From a virus, in the IMG/VR virus record IMGVR_UViG_3300009081_000009, positions 64,001 through 128,000 of that record: 64,000 bases of DNA. One strand, written 5' to 3'. This document shows, piece after piece, positions 40,215 through 50,089 of this stretch. Positions within the stretch are counted from its first letter, which is position 1, and each line of letters opens with the position of its first letter. The position numbers were made by a program, and so were the translations under genes. Under the pieces are notes generated by a model that searched no databases, had not been told where the DNA came from, and worked only from the letters and a program-made list of their open reading frames with translations.

Positions 40215-40243
40215 AATATAGATCATTTTCTTGCATTTGTCAA
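40215..40243 (-). promoter_or_regulatory. Promoter TTGACA-17-TATATT for tRNA array 1
   Basis: Exact match to recurrent promoter. Confidence 0.85.
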
Positions 40244-42082
40244 TAACTTTTTTATTTCATCCCGTCTTTCTTGTTTAGACAGTTGATTTGGACGTGGTAT
40301 TTTTGCCTTATAGTCATTAGATTCTATAAAAACATCATTTTTAGATAGTAATTCATTGTATGGGTTAATAGAAGTCAATTTACCTATGTCAGGTCTGTCA
40401 TTGATTCTATGGGAGTATTTTTCCATTCGATGTCTAAGAAATTCTCTCATAGACATTCTTAATCTATTTTGTTCTAAATATCTAGGTTTGTCATCCAAGT
40501 ACACTAATGATAACTCGCCTTCAACGTAAGAACTTTTAGGAAATCCACCGCATGTTAAGCCACAATGATAAGCAACATCACCTAAATGCAAATCCTCCCA
40601 TCCATATTCACCATCGAATAGATTATTAAATAGAGTATTATGATTTATTTTTGTTATTACTTGTACAGCTTCTCGTCTAATTGCAAATCCGCATGTCCAT
40701 ACATGAGAATCAGCTAACCCATAATTTGGATTATATGTAAAATCATCTGAAAACCATTTACGTGGTTCAATTTCACCTTTTATTAATGTTATATCATATA
40801 GATGTAAAGCATTATATACAAGTTGTTCATTTATGTTTGATGGTATTCTATCTCCATCTAGAAATAATATATCAGAATATGGATCTGTGTGTTGTGCTCC
40901 TAAACTTCGTGCAGTACCAGCACAGAATCCGATCCCAATATCATTTTTTATATAATGTTCATTTAGGTCAGTTAATACAGATTCGCTATTATCCGTGCAT
41001 CTATCTAATACAAATATTCGTTTAAATGTAGGAAATGATTTCTTTAATGCATTTACCATTATATGTAATGTATTTTCTTGATTTTTGCTTATAATTACTA
41101 TATTAATTGGTTTAATATCTGTTGAAGGTCTAATCCTCGATGTCATGAATGGTGCTTGTGGTGCATCTTGTTTTGTTATATGTATTTTAGGTGGCGTATA
41201 CCACATATATTTATTCAATGGTGTTGTATTATCATCGGTTTGTGATAGTGATCTCGATTCACCTACATGAATGGCATCTGTGAAATTTTTAATGATTGAT
41301 ATTTTATTATTTTTATAACAATGCAATATATAACCACGCATCAAATCAAAAAATATAGGATTATTATGAGATTTAAATGCTTTAGCTAATGTCATCACCC
41401 AACTTTTATATTGAGTATATAAATTTTCATCGTATATTGAAGTAAATAATTCAGAATACATTTCATGTAATTCATCCAATGAATAGTCTTGTAATAATTT
41501 GTTTTTGTATAAAATATTAGACTTATTTATACCATGAATCAACTCGTTTTTGGTGTAGTTAATATCATCAATATATGATATTCCGTATATATCATTTAGA
41601 TCGGTAGTTATATTTAGATTTATACAAAATACACTGATATCTATATCGATTCCATTACTTCTAGTTATATCAGTAATTGCAATATCAGACTTATTAGCAT
41701 AACATGCATCGACTAATGATGTAACAAATGGCTTAGATATGATTACATCTTGTTCTATGTGAATCATGTAATCGTATCCAAGTTCTTTTAATGTTCTGTG
41801 TGCCATTGATAATGCGGATGCGTGTTCTATATTTGGTTTTATAAATATATTAGTCGCATTTTTTATACTTATCTGATGTAGTAATCTTATATCAGTCATA
41901 TCTAATACATTTTTTGAACTTCCATCGACATCCCACTTTTCCGAAAATGATGGATATGATATACTGTAAAATAAATCATATGTGTTTTCATGGGCATTAA
42001 TTGTGTTAATCCATGAATCAATCCATGTACCTTTGTTATTTGGTGTTACGTAAAATGGACAGAAAATTGCTACTTTTTTCAT
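40223..42082 (-). CDS. Two-domain glycosyltransferase (GT2)
   Basis: HIEQDV; VLDRCTDNS, FLDGDR, YGWED. Confidence 0.85.
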   Translation of the reverse strand: MKKVAIFCPFYVTPNNKGTWIDSWINTINAHENTYDLFYSISYPSFSEKWDVDGSSKNVLDMTDIRLLHQISIKNATNIFIKPNIEHASALSMAHRTLKELGYDYMIHIEQDVIISKPFVTSLVDACYANKSDIAITDITRSNGIDIDISVFCINLNITTDLNDIYGISYIDDINYTKNELIHGINKSNILYKNKLLQDYSLDELHEMYSELFTSIYDENLYTQYKSWVMTLAKAFKSHNNPIFFDLMRGYILHCYKNNKISIIKNFTDAIHVGESRSLSQTDDNTTPLNKYMWYTPPKIHITKQDAPQAPFMTSRIRPSTDIKPINIVIISKNQENTLHIMVNALKKSFPTFKRIFVLDRCTDNSESVLTDLNEHYIKNDIGIGFCAGTARSLGAQHTDPYSDILFLDGDRIPSNINEQLVYNALHLYDITLIKGEIEPRKWFSDDFTYNPNYGLADSHVWTCGFAIRREAVQVITKINHNTLFNNLFDGEYGWEDLHLGDVAYHCGLTCGGFPKSSYVEGELSLVYLDDKPRYLEQNRLRMSMREFLRHRMEKYSHRINDRPDIGKLTSINPYNELLSKNDVFIESNDYKAKIPRPNQLSKQERRDEIKKLLTNARK

Positions 42083-42089
42083 TATATAC

Positions 42090-43130
42090 CTAAAAACTAA
42101 ATTGAACTTGTTGTTTATATTTACTAGCTGTGCTTTTTGCTTTATTTAATTCATCTGTAAATGAATCATATAATGAAAATATAGGTAAGTGAACACCTAA
42201 TTTGGTTAATGATTCACCTCGTCCCCATTCTTTCATTCCCCAGAATTGAATTAAATCGAATTTATTTGCAAAAGCTAGATCAATGAAATCAGACATTTCA
42301 TTGTAATTATGCTTATTTACCGTATATGAAGTTATTAATTTCTTTATAACGTTATTGTCTCTTAATGTAGATATGAATTCTAAATTAGATAATAAAATAT
42401 TGAAATCTCCACCTAATCTAATTTTATGATATGTATCTGGGTGTGCTGCGTCAATTGATATAGTCACAGTATCAATGAGACTTCTATTATTTGGATGAAT
42501 TTCATTCCATTTGGTTTCATTAAATAATATTCCATTACTTTGTAATTTGATTGATGTCAGGTTAGGACATAGTTCATGTAGATCACTTTTCAATAACCCA
42601 AAATAATATTCACTCGCAAATGGATCTCCATCTCCAGATAAATACAATACACGAGCAATATCAAAATATGATTTTATCCTACTATGTTGCAGATCTATAT
42701 ACCGTACATTATCATTTATAGGTTCTTTGCGACATGGGGTACAATGTAAATTACAAGTACGATCATATGAAAGTCCTAACGTAAGAATACCATTATTAAA
42801 ATTTGTTTTCTCTGTAATCGATGTTATAATTGATTCAGCTATATCAACTGGATATGCGTTTTTTATTTCAACTAATGATTTCATTAGATATGAATTATCT
42901 GGATCTAATCTATTAGGACAATTAGCTGAACAATATGAATACGAACCGTCTATAATAGATAATCGAAATTTATTCATAATATCAGAATGCCAATATGAAC
43001 TGATACCAGAGATTGAACTTCTGACATCAGATCCATATTTAACTAGCCATGAGGAACAACATGGATATAAACCACCAACACCGCAATTAAGTTCAGTGAA
43101 TGGCATCATGCAATATTTGATTGCACTCAT
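42090..43130 (-). CDS. Radical SAM protein with N-terminal SPASM/twitch-like Cys cluster
   Basis: CNLHCTPC, SGDGDPF, SNG, SIDAA; N-term YPCC..CSANCP. Confidence 0.9.
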   Translation of the reverse strand: MSAIKYCMMPFTELNCGVGGLYPCCSSWLVKYGSDVRSSISGISSYWHSDIMNKFRLSIIDGSYSYCSANCPNRLDPDNSYLMKSLVEIKNAYPVDIAESIITSITEKTNFNNGILTLGLSYDRTCNLHCTPCRKEPINDNVRYIDLQHSRIKSYFDIARVLYLSGDGDPFASEYYFGLLKSDLHELCPNLTSIKLQSNGILFNETKWNEIHPNNRSLIDTVTISIDAAHPDTYHKIRLGGDFNILLSNLEFISTLRDNNVIKKLITSYTVNKHNYNEMSDFIDLAFANKFDLIQFWGMKEWGRGESLTKLGVHLPIFSLYDSFTDELNKAKSTASKYKQQVQFSF

Positions 43131-43666
43131 GTCAATTTACTTAATATTAAATTGAATGTATTTTCTTTGGTTCCTGTTGAATCGATCTCAATCAATTTAT
43201 CTGTACCTTTGAATACATCAAAACATGGTTCAGTTACATTGTAATACTGATCAAGTCGTTTCTTTATTCCTTCTTCTGAGTCATCTGATCGACCTCGTGA
43301 TCTCATTCTATCTTCTGCTACGGATCTTGGAATTATCAACTTTATGCATTTGTCTATTTTATAATTATCCATAACAAATTTCATTTGGCCTTGTGTTCTA
43401 GGAAACCCATCCAATATAAATCCACCGCATCGAGTTTCAAGTTCTGGTAGAAATCTATTAGCCACATTAAATAGCACCGTATCCTCGGCTAATTCACCCC
43501 TATTGTAGCGTTCCAATGTATAAGGTAATACAAAGGCTGGATCATCCACAAAACACTGTTTTATAGTGTCCCCAAAGGAAATGTGATGGATACCTAACTG
43601 TTTAGCTAGATTGCTTGCATGAGTGCCCTTTCCACTCCCCTGTACACCAGTAATTAAATAATTCAT
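43127..43666 (-). CDS. adk: Adenylate kinase (short type)
   Basis: GVQGSGKGT, FILDGFPRT, RGRSDD. Confidence 0.93.
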   Translation of the reverse strand: MNYLITGVQGSGKGTHASNLAKQLGIHHISFGDTIKQCFVDDPAFVLPYTLERYNRGELAEDTVLFNVANRFLPELETRCGGFILDGFPRTQGQMKFVMDNYKIDKCIKLIIPRSVAEDRMRSRGRSDDSEEGIKKRLDQYYNVTEPCFDVFKGTDKLIEIDSTGTKENTFNLILSKLT

Positions 43667-43760
43667 AAAACCACCTTACTTTTTTATAAATATACAAAAA
43701 TAATTTGTGTCAAAGTTAATTTTTGTTGCTATATTTAAATCAAATATCATATGAGATTAT

Positions 43761-44591
43761 ATGCAGAATAAATTCCCAGCAAATAGTAATTCAATTACTC
43801 GATTAATGATTGGAGACATTGCAAAAACGCAAGTTATTTCATTAGAAGAAGAAATAAAATTATTCAATCAATATCATGCAACTGTCGATTCGGGCATTAA
43901 GGATAGAATTCGAACGAAAATAATTTCATCGAATTTGAGATTCGTATTAAAAATAGCAATCCATTATAATAAATTAATGGGAGCTGATTTAAATGATCTA
44001 ATGACAGAAGGTAAATTAGGATTATATAATGCATTTGCTAAATATAATCATACCCAAGGTATAAAATTTATATCATTTGCTGTCTGGGATATACGGTGTA
44101 TGATAAGTAAGTATTTAGAAGAAAACGATTTGGTTCGTGTTCCTGCTCATGTTAAGTTAAAACTAAATAAAGCTAGACGTGAACTGAATCAAGGAAAAGA
44201 TCCCGAAATAGACTTTTACACTGAATTGTTAATGCAACAAAACGGTTCTCCTGTATCATTAGATGCCCATCTTGGATATGGAGATGATGATATGACATTA
44301 GCTGATGTATTAAAGGATGAGTCCGTTCCTGATCAAGAAACTGAACATTATAAAGATTATATTAATGATGAACTTAGATCAAGTTTAGAATATATATTAA
44401 CCAATGAAGAATTAACGGTTATTTCGGCTATGTTTGGTCTTAATAATTGCGAATTTAACATAAAGGAAACCGAACAATTGATCGGTAAGTCTCGTGAGAG
44501 AGTTCGTCAGATTCGCGATAGAGCACTTGCTAAATTAAAGAAACATGGTGATATAAAACAGTTGCATGATTTAATGAGAATAACAAATTAG
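43761..44591 (+). CDS. Sigma-70 family RNA polymerase sigma factor
   Basis: NLRFVLKIA, EGKLGL, KFISFAVW.IR, VRVP, SRERVRQI. Confidence 0.93.
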   Translation: MQNKFPANSNSITRLMIGDIAKTQVISLEEEIKLFNQYHATVDSGIKDRIRTKIISSNLRFVLKIAIHYNKLMGADLNDLMTEGKLGLYNAFAKYNHTQGIKFISFAVWDIRCMISKYLEENDLVRVPAHVKLKLNKARRELNQGKDPEIDFYTELLMQQNGSPVSLDAHLGYGDDDMTLADVLKDESVPDQETEHYKDYINDELRSSLEYILTNEELTVISAMFGLNNCEFNIKETEQLIGKSRERVRQIRDRALAKLKKHGDIKQLHDLMRITN

Positions 44592-44592
44592 A

Positions 44593-45381
44593 ATGTTCGG
44601 ATTTTTGAAGAAACTACTGGGGGGATCTGTCCCTGATAATTATACTGATACCCAGTACGATCAGAATGTTGTAATTGATACGGATAAAAAGAATAAATTA
44701 GATAATGAGCATTTAGATGAATATTTTTATATTCATAAAGAACCAGACCCAAGTGGAAGGATAAATATGGAAAACGAAAGCAGTACAATAAAAGGTGGTG
44801 GTAATATCGATATTTACGATCATCTTACGGGTAAACCTATTAGTCAAGAATCGATATCAATGGAACAAGTATCCGAAGGTGTTAATATACCCGGAATTGG
44901 CTTTGTAGGTGCTGCAAAATCACCAAAACAGCAGCAACAGCAACCTAACCGTTCTCAGAATCAACAATCTATACCTGTAAATGGAAATAATAATTCGATT
45001 CCGGTCACTGGGCAATCGAAAAATCCACCAAGTGAAGTTGTGCTTACTTCTGAGGCGTATCATTTATATGTCGATTTAGCTGGTGTTAAGAAAGAATCAG
45101 TCAGATTGACCTTCTCTGATTCTATCTTAAATATATCAGGTAAACGGTCTAGTATGATAGATGAATGGAAAACGATGTCAAAGGGAAAGGGAAGAAAACA
45201 TACTATAGTTGCACAAACATCTACAGTTCCTGCAATTCTACTAGGTGCGTTTGAATTTAAGTATCCATTTAAGAAATCTATAGATGAGACTCTCATCGTA
45301 GCTGAATTCTCGGACGGTTTGTTACACGTAACTCTGCCAGTTCGAGCAAAGGGTGATAGTGTTGCTATTGCGATAATATAA
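44593..45381 (+). CDS. Hsp20/alpha-crystallin domain protein with long N-terminal extension
   Basis: VDLAGVKKE..LNISGKR..AEFSDGLLHVTLP. Confidence 0.85.
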   Translation: MFGFLKKLLGGSVPDNYTDTQYDQNVVIDTDKKNKLDNEHLDEYFYIHKEPDPSGRINMENESSTIKGGGNIDIYDHLTGKPISQESISMEQVSEGVNIPGIGFVGAAKSPKQQQQQPNRSQNQQSIPVNGNNNSIPVTGQSKNPPSEVVLTSEAYHLYVDLAGVKKESVRLTFSDSILNISGKRSSMIDEWKTMSKGKGRKHTIVAQTSTVPAILLGAFEFKYPFKKSIDETLIVAEFSDGLLHVTLPVRAKGDSVAIAII

Positions 45382-45409
45382 AAAAAAGGCACTCATTGAG
45401 TGCCTTTTT
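45381..45409. terminator. Bidirectional intrinsic terminator
   Basis: AAAAAGGCACTCA-T-TGAGTGCCTTTTT between convergent genes. Confidence 0.85.
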
Positions 45410-45411
45410 AT

Positions 45412-45744
45412 TTATGTGGCTTTTCGTCCACCACAATTACATCCCTTTTTTATAACCTTTCTCACAGCACTACCAACCGCATATGCAGCTTGTAATCCAG
45501 CAATTTTATAATTCGCAGGTAACATCCACATATAATCCATTATAGCAGGGAAATCTTTAGCCATCATTTCAATTGCTGTATTTCCTTGATACATTTGATT
45601 TGATACGTTTATGTATTGAAAATCATTCAAATTACCCGAACTAGCAAGAAAATCTAAATCATCTGGTGATATTTTCTTTCGTACAAGTCTAATATAATTG
45701 GTACATACAGGACAGGTGCCGTCATATACAAGTCGTGCTTTCAT
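45412..45744 (-). CDS. DCC/DUF393 thiol-disulfide oxidoreductase-like protein
   Basis: VYDGTCPVC. Confidence 0.8.
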   Translation of the reverse strand: MKARLVYDGTCPVCTNYIRLVRKKISPDDLDFLASSGNLNDFQYINVSNQMYQGNTAIEMMAKDFPAIMDYMWMLPANYKIAGLQAAYAVGSAVRKVIKKGCNCGGRKAT

Positions 45745-46028
45745 TTTAAATTTCCTTTGGTAATTGATTCAAAAATACATTTTTTTGATATTAATTCACC
45801 CTGCTCTTGTAATATATTATAAATAAAATTAGTGGCTTTAATTGGTTCGGTTTTAGAATATCTATCAAACCAGCCTTTATCTAAGTCTTGAATTCCATAT
45901 TTATGGGAATTTTCAAAAACCACATTTATACATTTATTTATCTCGTCTGGAGATTCATAAGTTAAAATGTGATTTTCTATTTCATAGACCGCTTCTAGCT
46001 GGCTCAATATTTTATTGAATTTAGCCAA
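45741..46028 (-). CDS. Hypothetical late protein
   Basis: ORF track, operon packing. Confidence 0.55.
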   Translation of the reverse strand: MAKFNKILSQLEAVYEIENHILTYESPDEINKCINVVFENSHKYGIQDLDKGWFDRYSKTEPIKATNFIYNILQEQGELISKKCIFESITKGNLK

Positions 46029-46556
46029 TTACCATCCCTTCTTTACCTTAAACATTGATGTGTTATCTAATACAACGTTTGGTTTTGTGAAATCATAATC
46101 AAATTTAGGATCTTTTTCCTTTGATTTCTTTTCATATGATTTACCATACATATTATTAAATAAATCTTCAACCTTTTCAATTACATTCTTCTGACGAACA
46201 TCGCTTGCATCTTCCATAGGAGCTTCATCGGTAGTTCCATTAAAGGCTTCCATTCGAGACATTTCTTTTTTAATTCCCATGTTCATCGAACCAATTCCCA
46301 ATTCCAACTGTGGATATGGTTCTTTGGTGGAATCCTCTTCCGGTTTATTTCCTGACGCACCACTTACCTTACCATCAGCTCCCTTCGTATAAGGAGCTGA
46401 ATCATCTGTAAGCATTGGAACTTCAACATTATCCAATTTAGCGTTTTCTTCATCTGTCATCATTTCTTCATCGCTAGGCACTAAATCAGCACCTTCCATT
46501 ATGGAAGTTACATGTTTTAATGCATCGATATTATTGAACATCCCAAATCCGTACAT
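46029..46556 (-). CDS. Hypothetical acidic late protein
   Basis: Late motif 46579-46587. Confidence 0.65.
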   Translation of the reverse strand: MYGFGMFNNIDALKHVTSIMEGADLVPSDEEMMTDEENAKLDNVEVPMLTDDSAPYTKGADGKVSGASGNKPEEDSTKEPYPQLELGIGSMNMGIKKEMSRMEAFNGTTDEAPMEDASDVRQKNVIEKVEDLFNNMYGKSYEKKSKEKDPKFDYDFTKPNVVLDNTSMFKVKKGW

Positions 46557-46590
46557 ATTTAACCTATTAAGTTTTCTATAGTTTATAATA

Positions 46591-48306
46591 TTATCGTTTA
46601 AACATTACAGCACCTGTCATACCAGAGTCATCATCCTCATCCTCATCATCGGATTGGTTGCGTTTTTTAGTATGATCTAGATATCTAGCGGAATCTTCGA
46701 GCGTTTTTAACTGCTTCTGTTTATTATCCATAGCTTCAAACGCCAATCGTTCCTCGTTGATTTGCTCTTCTGTTTTAAGGATGACATCATCTTCTTCTAA
46801 TGATTTCAGATTCACTTCAACTACTTTACCATAATATAATGGAGATTGTAGATAAAATGGAACCCAATAGGCTGCTGTAATATGGTCATCATTATTACCA
46901 CCCAAACCACCCCAACGTTCTTGAGTAACTTTACCAAATGAATGCATCTCATTTATTGTCTGTCTATCTGGTATAGTCATAAACTTTCTTTGTACATATG
47001 TTTTAAATAGAATACAGGCATTTTGCTTAGTTTTTTCAGATGCCCATAATCCCATATGATGACCCGATGGATCAAAATGCAATATATTTTCATATTCAAC
47101 TTGATTATAGAAGAATTTCATAGCAGCAATTCCGGGGCCGTTTTGTTCAATAATTAATGCAGGGTCATGATATTTTTTTAATATTACATAACATTTTTTA
47201 CAAAACAAATCAATATCCATTTTATTAGATGCAATAACAGCAACCTGATGCACTGTTATATTTGATTTTACTAAGAATATTTGTAAGACAGAATTATCTT
47301 GATGCACACCATATCCAGAGTCTAATGATTCTACATATTCCCAACCTTCTGCCTCTAACTTTTCTTTTTTCAGTGGTGTTGAATAAATTCGTATGAAATC
47401 AGGTAAGTTAGCAATTTTCATTGGCTTCTTGCTTTCTAATGTTTTTAGGAAGTGATGGTCAATTAACGTAGATACGGAACCCACGAATTCACACATATAT
47501 TCCTGATTGAATCTGATTTCACCAATTTTTTTCATTTCATCACGTGCCCATTCAGCAGTTCTACCCGGAACTGCATTCCATGGTATTTCACTGCGAATAT
47601 AACCATTGGTGTCTTCTGCACTTATAGTACCAACATCTGATATATTACAAGCATCTTCCCACATTCTAAAGAAATGATTCATACCACATGGTGTTGATGT
47701 TATAATAACTTTGGTTGTTTTACCTGATGAAATGGTAGGGAACACAGAAGCAATAAACTCATCTGCTATATGTGATTTAACGAATGCAAATTCGTCAAGA
47801 TATAACAAGTTAATAGACATACCTCGAATACCATCAGGGGATGTAGCAGCACAAACGATTCGAGTTCCGTGTGAAAATTGTATGCCTCGTTTATTCCACT
47901 GTTTAACTCCCGGTTGCATCCAATATGGAAGGTTAATATATGAATCTCTTAACTGCTGTAATTGTTCCTGTGCTAGATTAAGTTTGTTTGCTAATATAGC
48001 TACTACTTTATCTTCATTAAATAATGCATACCACAATATAAATGCACGTGTAGTGGCTGATTTTCCTGCCTGACGTGGATATTTAACTATATTAAAACGG
48101 TTTTTATGAAATTCACCAATTAAATCTTCTTGGAAATTCCACATTTTAAATAATTGCATACCTTTATCTTTAGTATTGATATACACATAGTTTTTTATGA
48201 AATATATAGGATCTCTTGCACATTTAGCAAGTTCCTTAAACATCCAAGGCTCCATCTGAACCGATTCATTACCATCTCTTAAATTATTAATTCCATTAAA
48301 TGCCAT
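46591..48306 (-). CDS. Terminase large subunit (T4 gp17-like)
   Basis: PRQAGKS, LLYLDEFAF, ITSTPCG, nuclease LDSGYG..D, EQN, NDDH. Confidence 0.96.
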   Translation of the reverse strand: MAFNGINNLRDGNESVQMEPWMFKELAKCARDPIYFIKNYVYINTKDKGMQLFKMWNFQEDLIGEFHKNRFNIVKYPRQAGKSATTRAFILWYALFNEDKVVAILANKLNLAQEQLQQLRDSYINLPYWMQPGVKQWNKRGIQFSHGTRIVCAATSPDGIRGMSINLLYLDEFAFVKSHIADEFIASVFPTISSGKTTKVIITSTPCGMNHFFRMWEDACNISDVGTISAEDTNGYIRSEIPWNAVPGRTAEWARDEMKKIGEIRFNQEYMCEFVGSVSTLIDHHFLKTLESKKPMKIANLPDFIRIYSTPLKKEKLEAEGWEYVESLDSGYGVHQDNSVLQIFLVKSNITVHQVAVIASNKMDIDLFCKKCYVILKKYHDPALIIEQNGPGIAAMKFFYNQVEYENILHFDPSGHHMGLWASEKTKQNACILFKTYVQRKFMTIPDRQTINEMHSFGKVTQERWGGLGGNNDDHITAAYWVPFYLQSPLYYGKVVEVNLKSLEEDDVILKTEEQINEERLAFEAMDNKQKQLKTLEDSARYLDHTKKRNQSDDEDEDDDSGMTGAVMFKR

Positions 48307-49000
48307 TTTCTACCCCCTCTGGGCATGGATATACATATTCACGTTTACCATGTTTAATAAACATGCTATCTGGATCATTCCATATATCATCAAATTTTGA
48401 ATGTAAATATGGATATGACTCAATTATTATTTTGGTATTGAGTCTGTGTGCCATTGTTGGAAATATACCTGCAATGAACTCATATAATATATCATCACCC
48501 ATAAAGGATGCACCATGCATATATAACTGATCAATACCCATCCCTTTAATACTACATGGACTGCATCTATTAAATATAATATGGTTATTATTTGATAAAA
48601 GAATAACCTGCTTGTTACATCTAAGGACTGCGCATTGTAACCAAATAGGCAATGATTCATAATATCCAATCAGTCGAGTTCTATATACATCTGATTGCTT
48701 ACGTGTTGGTGTTAATATAACGCAAACTTTATCTTGTTGTTTAAATAACAACTTCCATAATAGATGCGTATGTAATAACATCGTGTTATTTGTTTTTGCT
48801 TTGGATGCTATTATATTATATCGATTCTCATTTATCGAGTTTATAAACAATAAATCAGATTCGGTTAATTCGATATGCAAATACATAGACATGAAATATT
48901 CATATGAATTTATGCATTTAATTATTTCATCAATCTGATACTTAGTTAAAGTGATATTATCAGATTCACTTCGCATGTTTGGATGCTCATTAATTGGCAT
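48296..49000 (-). CDS. Degenerate terminase-ATPase paralogue (Walker A/B lost)
   Basis: Colinear with TerL N-domain (EIIKC..YF, LPIWLQ, SIKGMGID, EFIAGIFPT) but no GKS or DE. Confidence 0.75.
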   Translation of the reverse strand: MPINEHPNMRSESDNITLTKYQIDEIIKCINSYEYFMSMYLHIELTESDLLFINSINENRYNIIASKAKTNNTMLLHTHLLWKLLFKQQDKVCVILTPTRKQSDVYRTRLIGYYESLPIWLQCAVLRCNKQVILLSNNNHIIFNRCSPCSIKGMGIDQLYMHGASFMGDDILYEFIAGIFPTMAHRLNTKIIIESYPYLHSKFDDIWNDPDSMFIKHGKREYVYPCPEGVENGI

Positions 49001-49955
49001 ATAAATCTCCCTTCATACCTTCGTAGAATGAACATTCATATTCCTGTAAGAATCTCTCTAAGCCCATTACTTGTATTGATTGACGTTTCCATTCGCTATC
49101 TCTTCCCGGTATTAATGTCCATGGAATTTTAATTGCGTGATAACCATTGAAATTAGTTATAGCATCTGCCCATAATTTAAAGAAATAATTAATACCATTC
49201 GGGGTTGATGATATTATTAATTTTAAATTAGGATTATTCTCAGATATCTTATCTATTATTTTCATGAATTCATACACATTTGCTACTGGTGCATATGCAA
49301 ATTCATCCAGAAATACGAAATCGAAATCAATCATTTTTATAGAATCTGGTGATGCAATTGTGTTAGCATATATTCTAGATCCATTTGAAAATTCTATATA
49401 TCTCTTATTATTTGATAAGCATCTGAATTTATCTTTGATATACGATGGTAAATGCTGATGCATTTTCTCTATTTTAAATAACAACTCAATGGATGCTGCT
49501 AATTTATGCGATGCTAATAGTGTATTTGTGTTTGGATGGGTTAAACAATAATGCAATATGTAGGCGCATAATATAGTTGAAATCCCAGCCTGTCTAGATC
49601 CATTTATTATTAACTTGTTGTAATTTTCCAACTTAAATGTCAATTGTTTCTGAAATTCATATAATCTCAATGGTTGCAGTCCACAATCCTTAGTTATTAT
49701 ACTAACAGCATTCTCCATGAAATGTTCTGGGTTATTTATACATTTTTGTAAATCCGAGTTATTATCGGTTTTCACTTGTTCATCTTGTGATAACTCCAAT
49801 CCTTCAACAAAGTCAGCTATATCACTTGAATGATCCTCTGCGAATTGTTCGATTGCTTGTCGTATTATTTCAGATCGATTGACTTGGAATATCTCAGACA
49901 GCGAATCGATTTGTTTATCGGTATCCTCTGTGATGTATATATTTATTCTTTTCAT
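48990..49955 (-). CDS. Ribbon-helix-helix fused to terminase-ATPase paralogue (no nuclease domain)
   Basis: MKRINIYI..RSEIIRQAI RHH; SRQAGIS, VFLDEFAY, ISSTPNG, FLQEYEC. Confidence 0.85.
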   Translation of the reverse strand: MKRINIYITEDTDKQIDSLSEIFQVNRSEIIRQAIEQFAEDHSSDIADFVEGLELSQDEQVKTDNNSDLQKCINNPEHFMENAVSIITKDCGLQPLRLYEFQKQLTFKLENYNKLIINGSRQAGISTILCAYILHYCLTHPNTNTLLASHKLAASIELLFKIEKMHQHLPSYIKDKFRCLSNNKRYIEFSNGSRIYANTIASPDSIKMIDFDFVFLDEFAYAPVANVYEFMKIIDKISENNPNLKLIISSTPNGINYFFKLWADAITNFNGYHAIKIPWTLIPGRDSEWKRQSIQVMGLERFLQEYECSFYEGMKGDLYAN

Positions 49956-50089
49956 TTTTTAAAAAAACCTGTGATGTATATTGACATTTGTTTATAAGAT
50001 TCCTATATTAAACATGAGAATATCTCAAAAACACGCAATGAACGATGATTTTTGGGTAATATTTGAGGTTTTTTAGGAGAAATGCAGAT

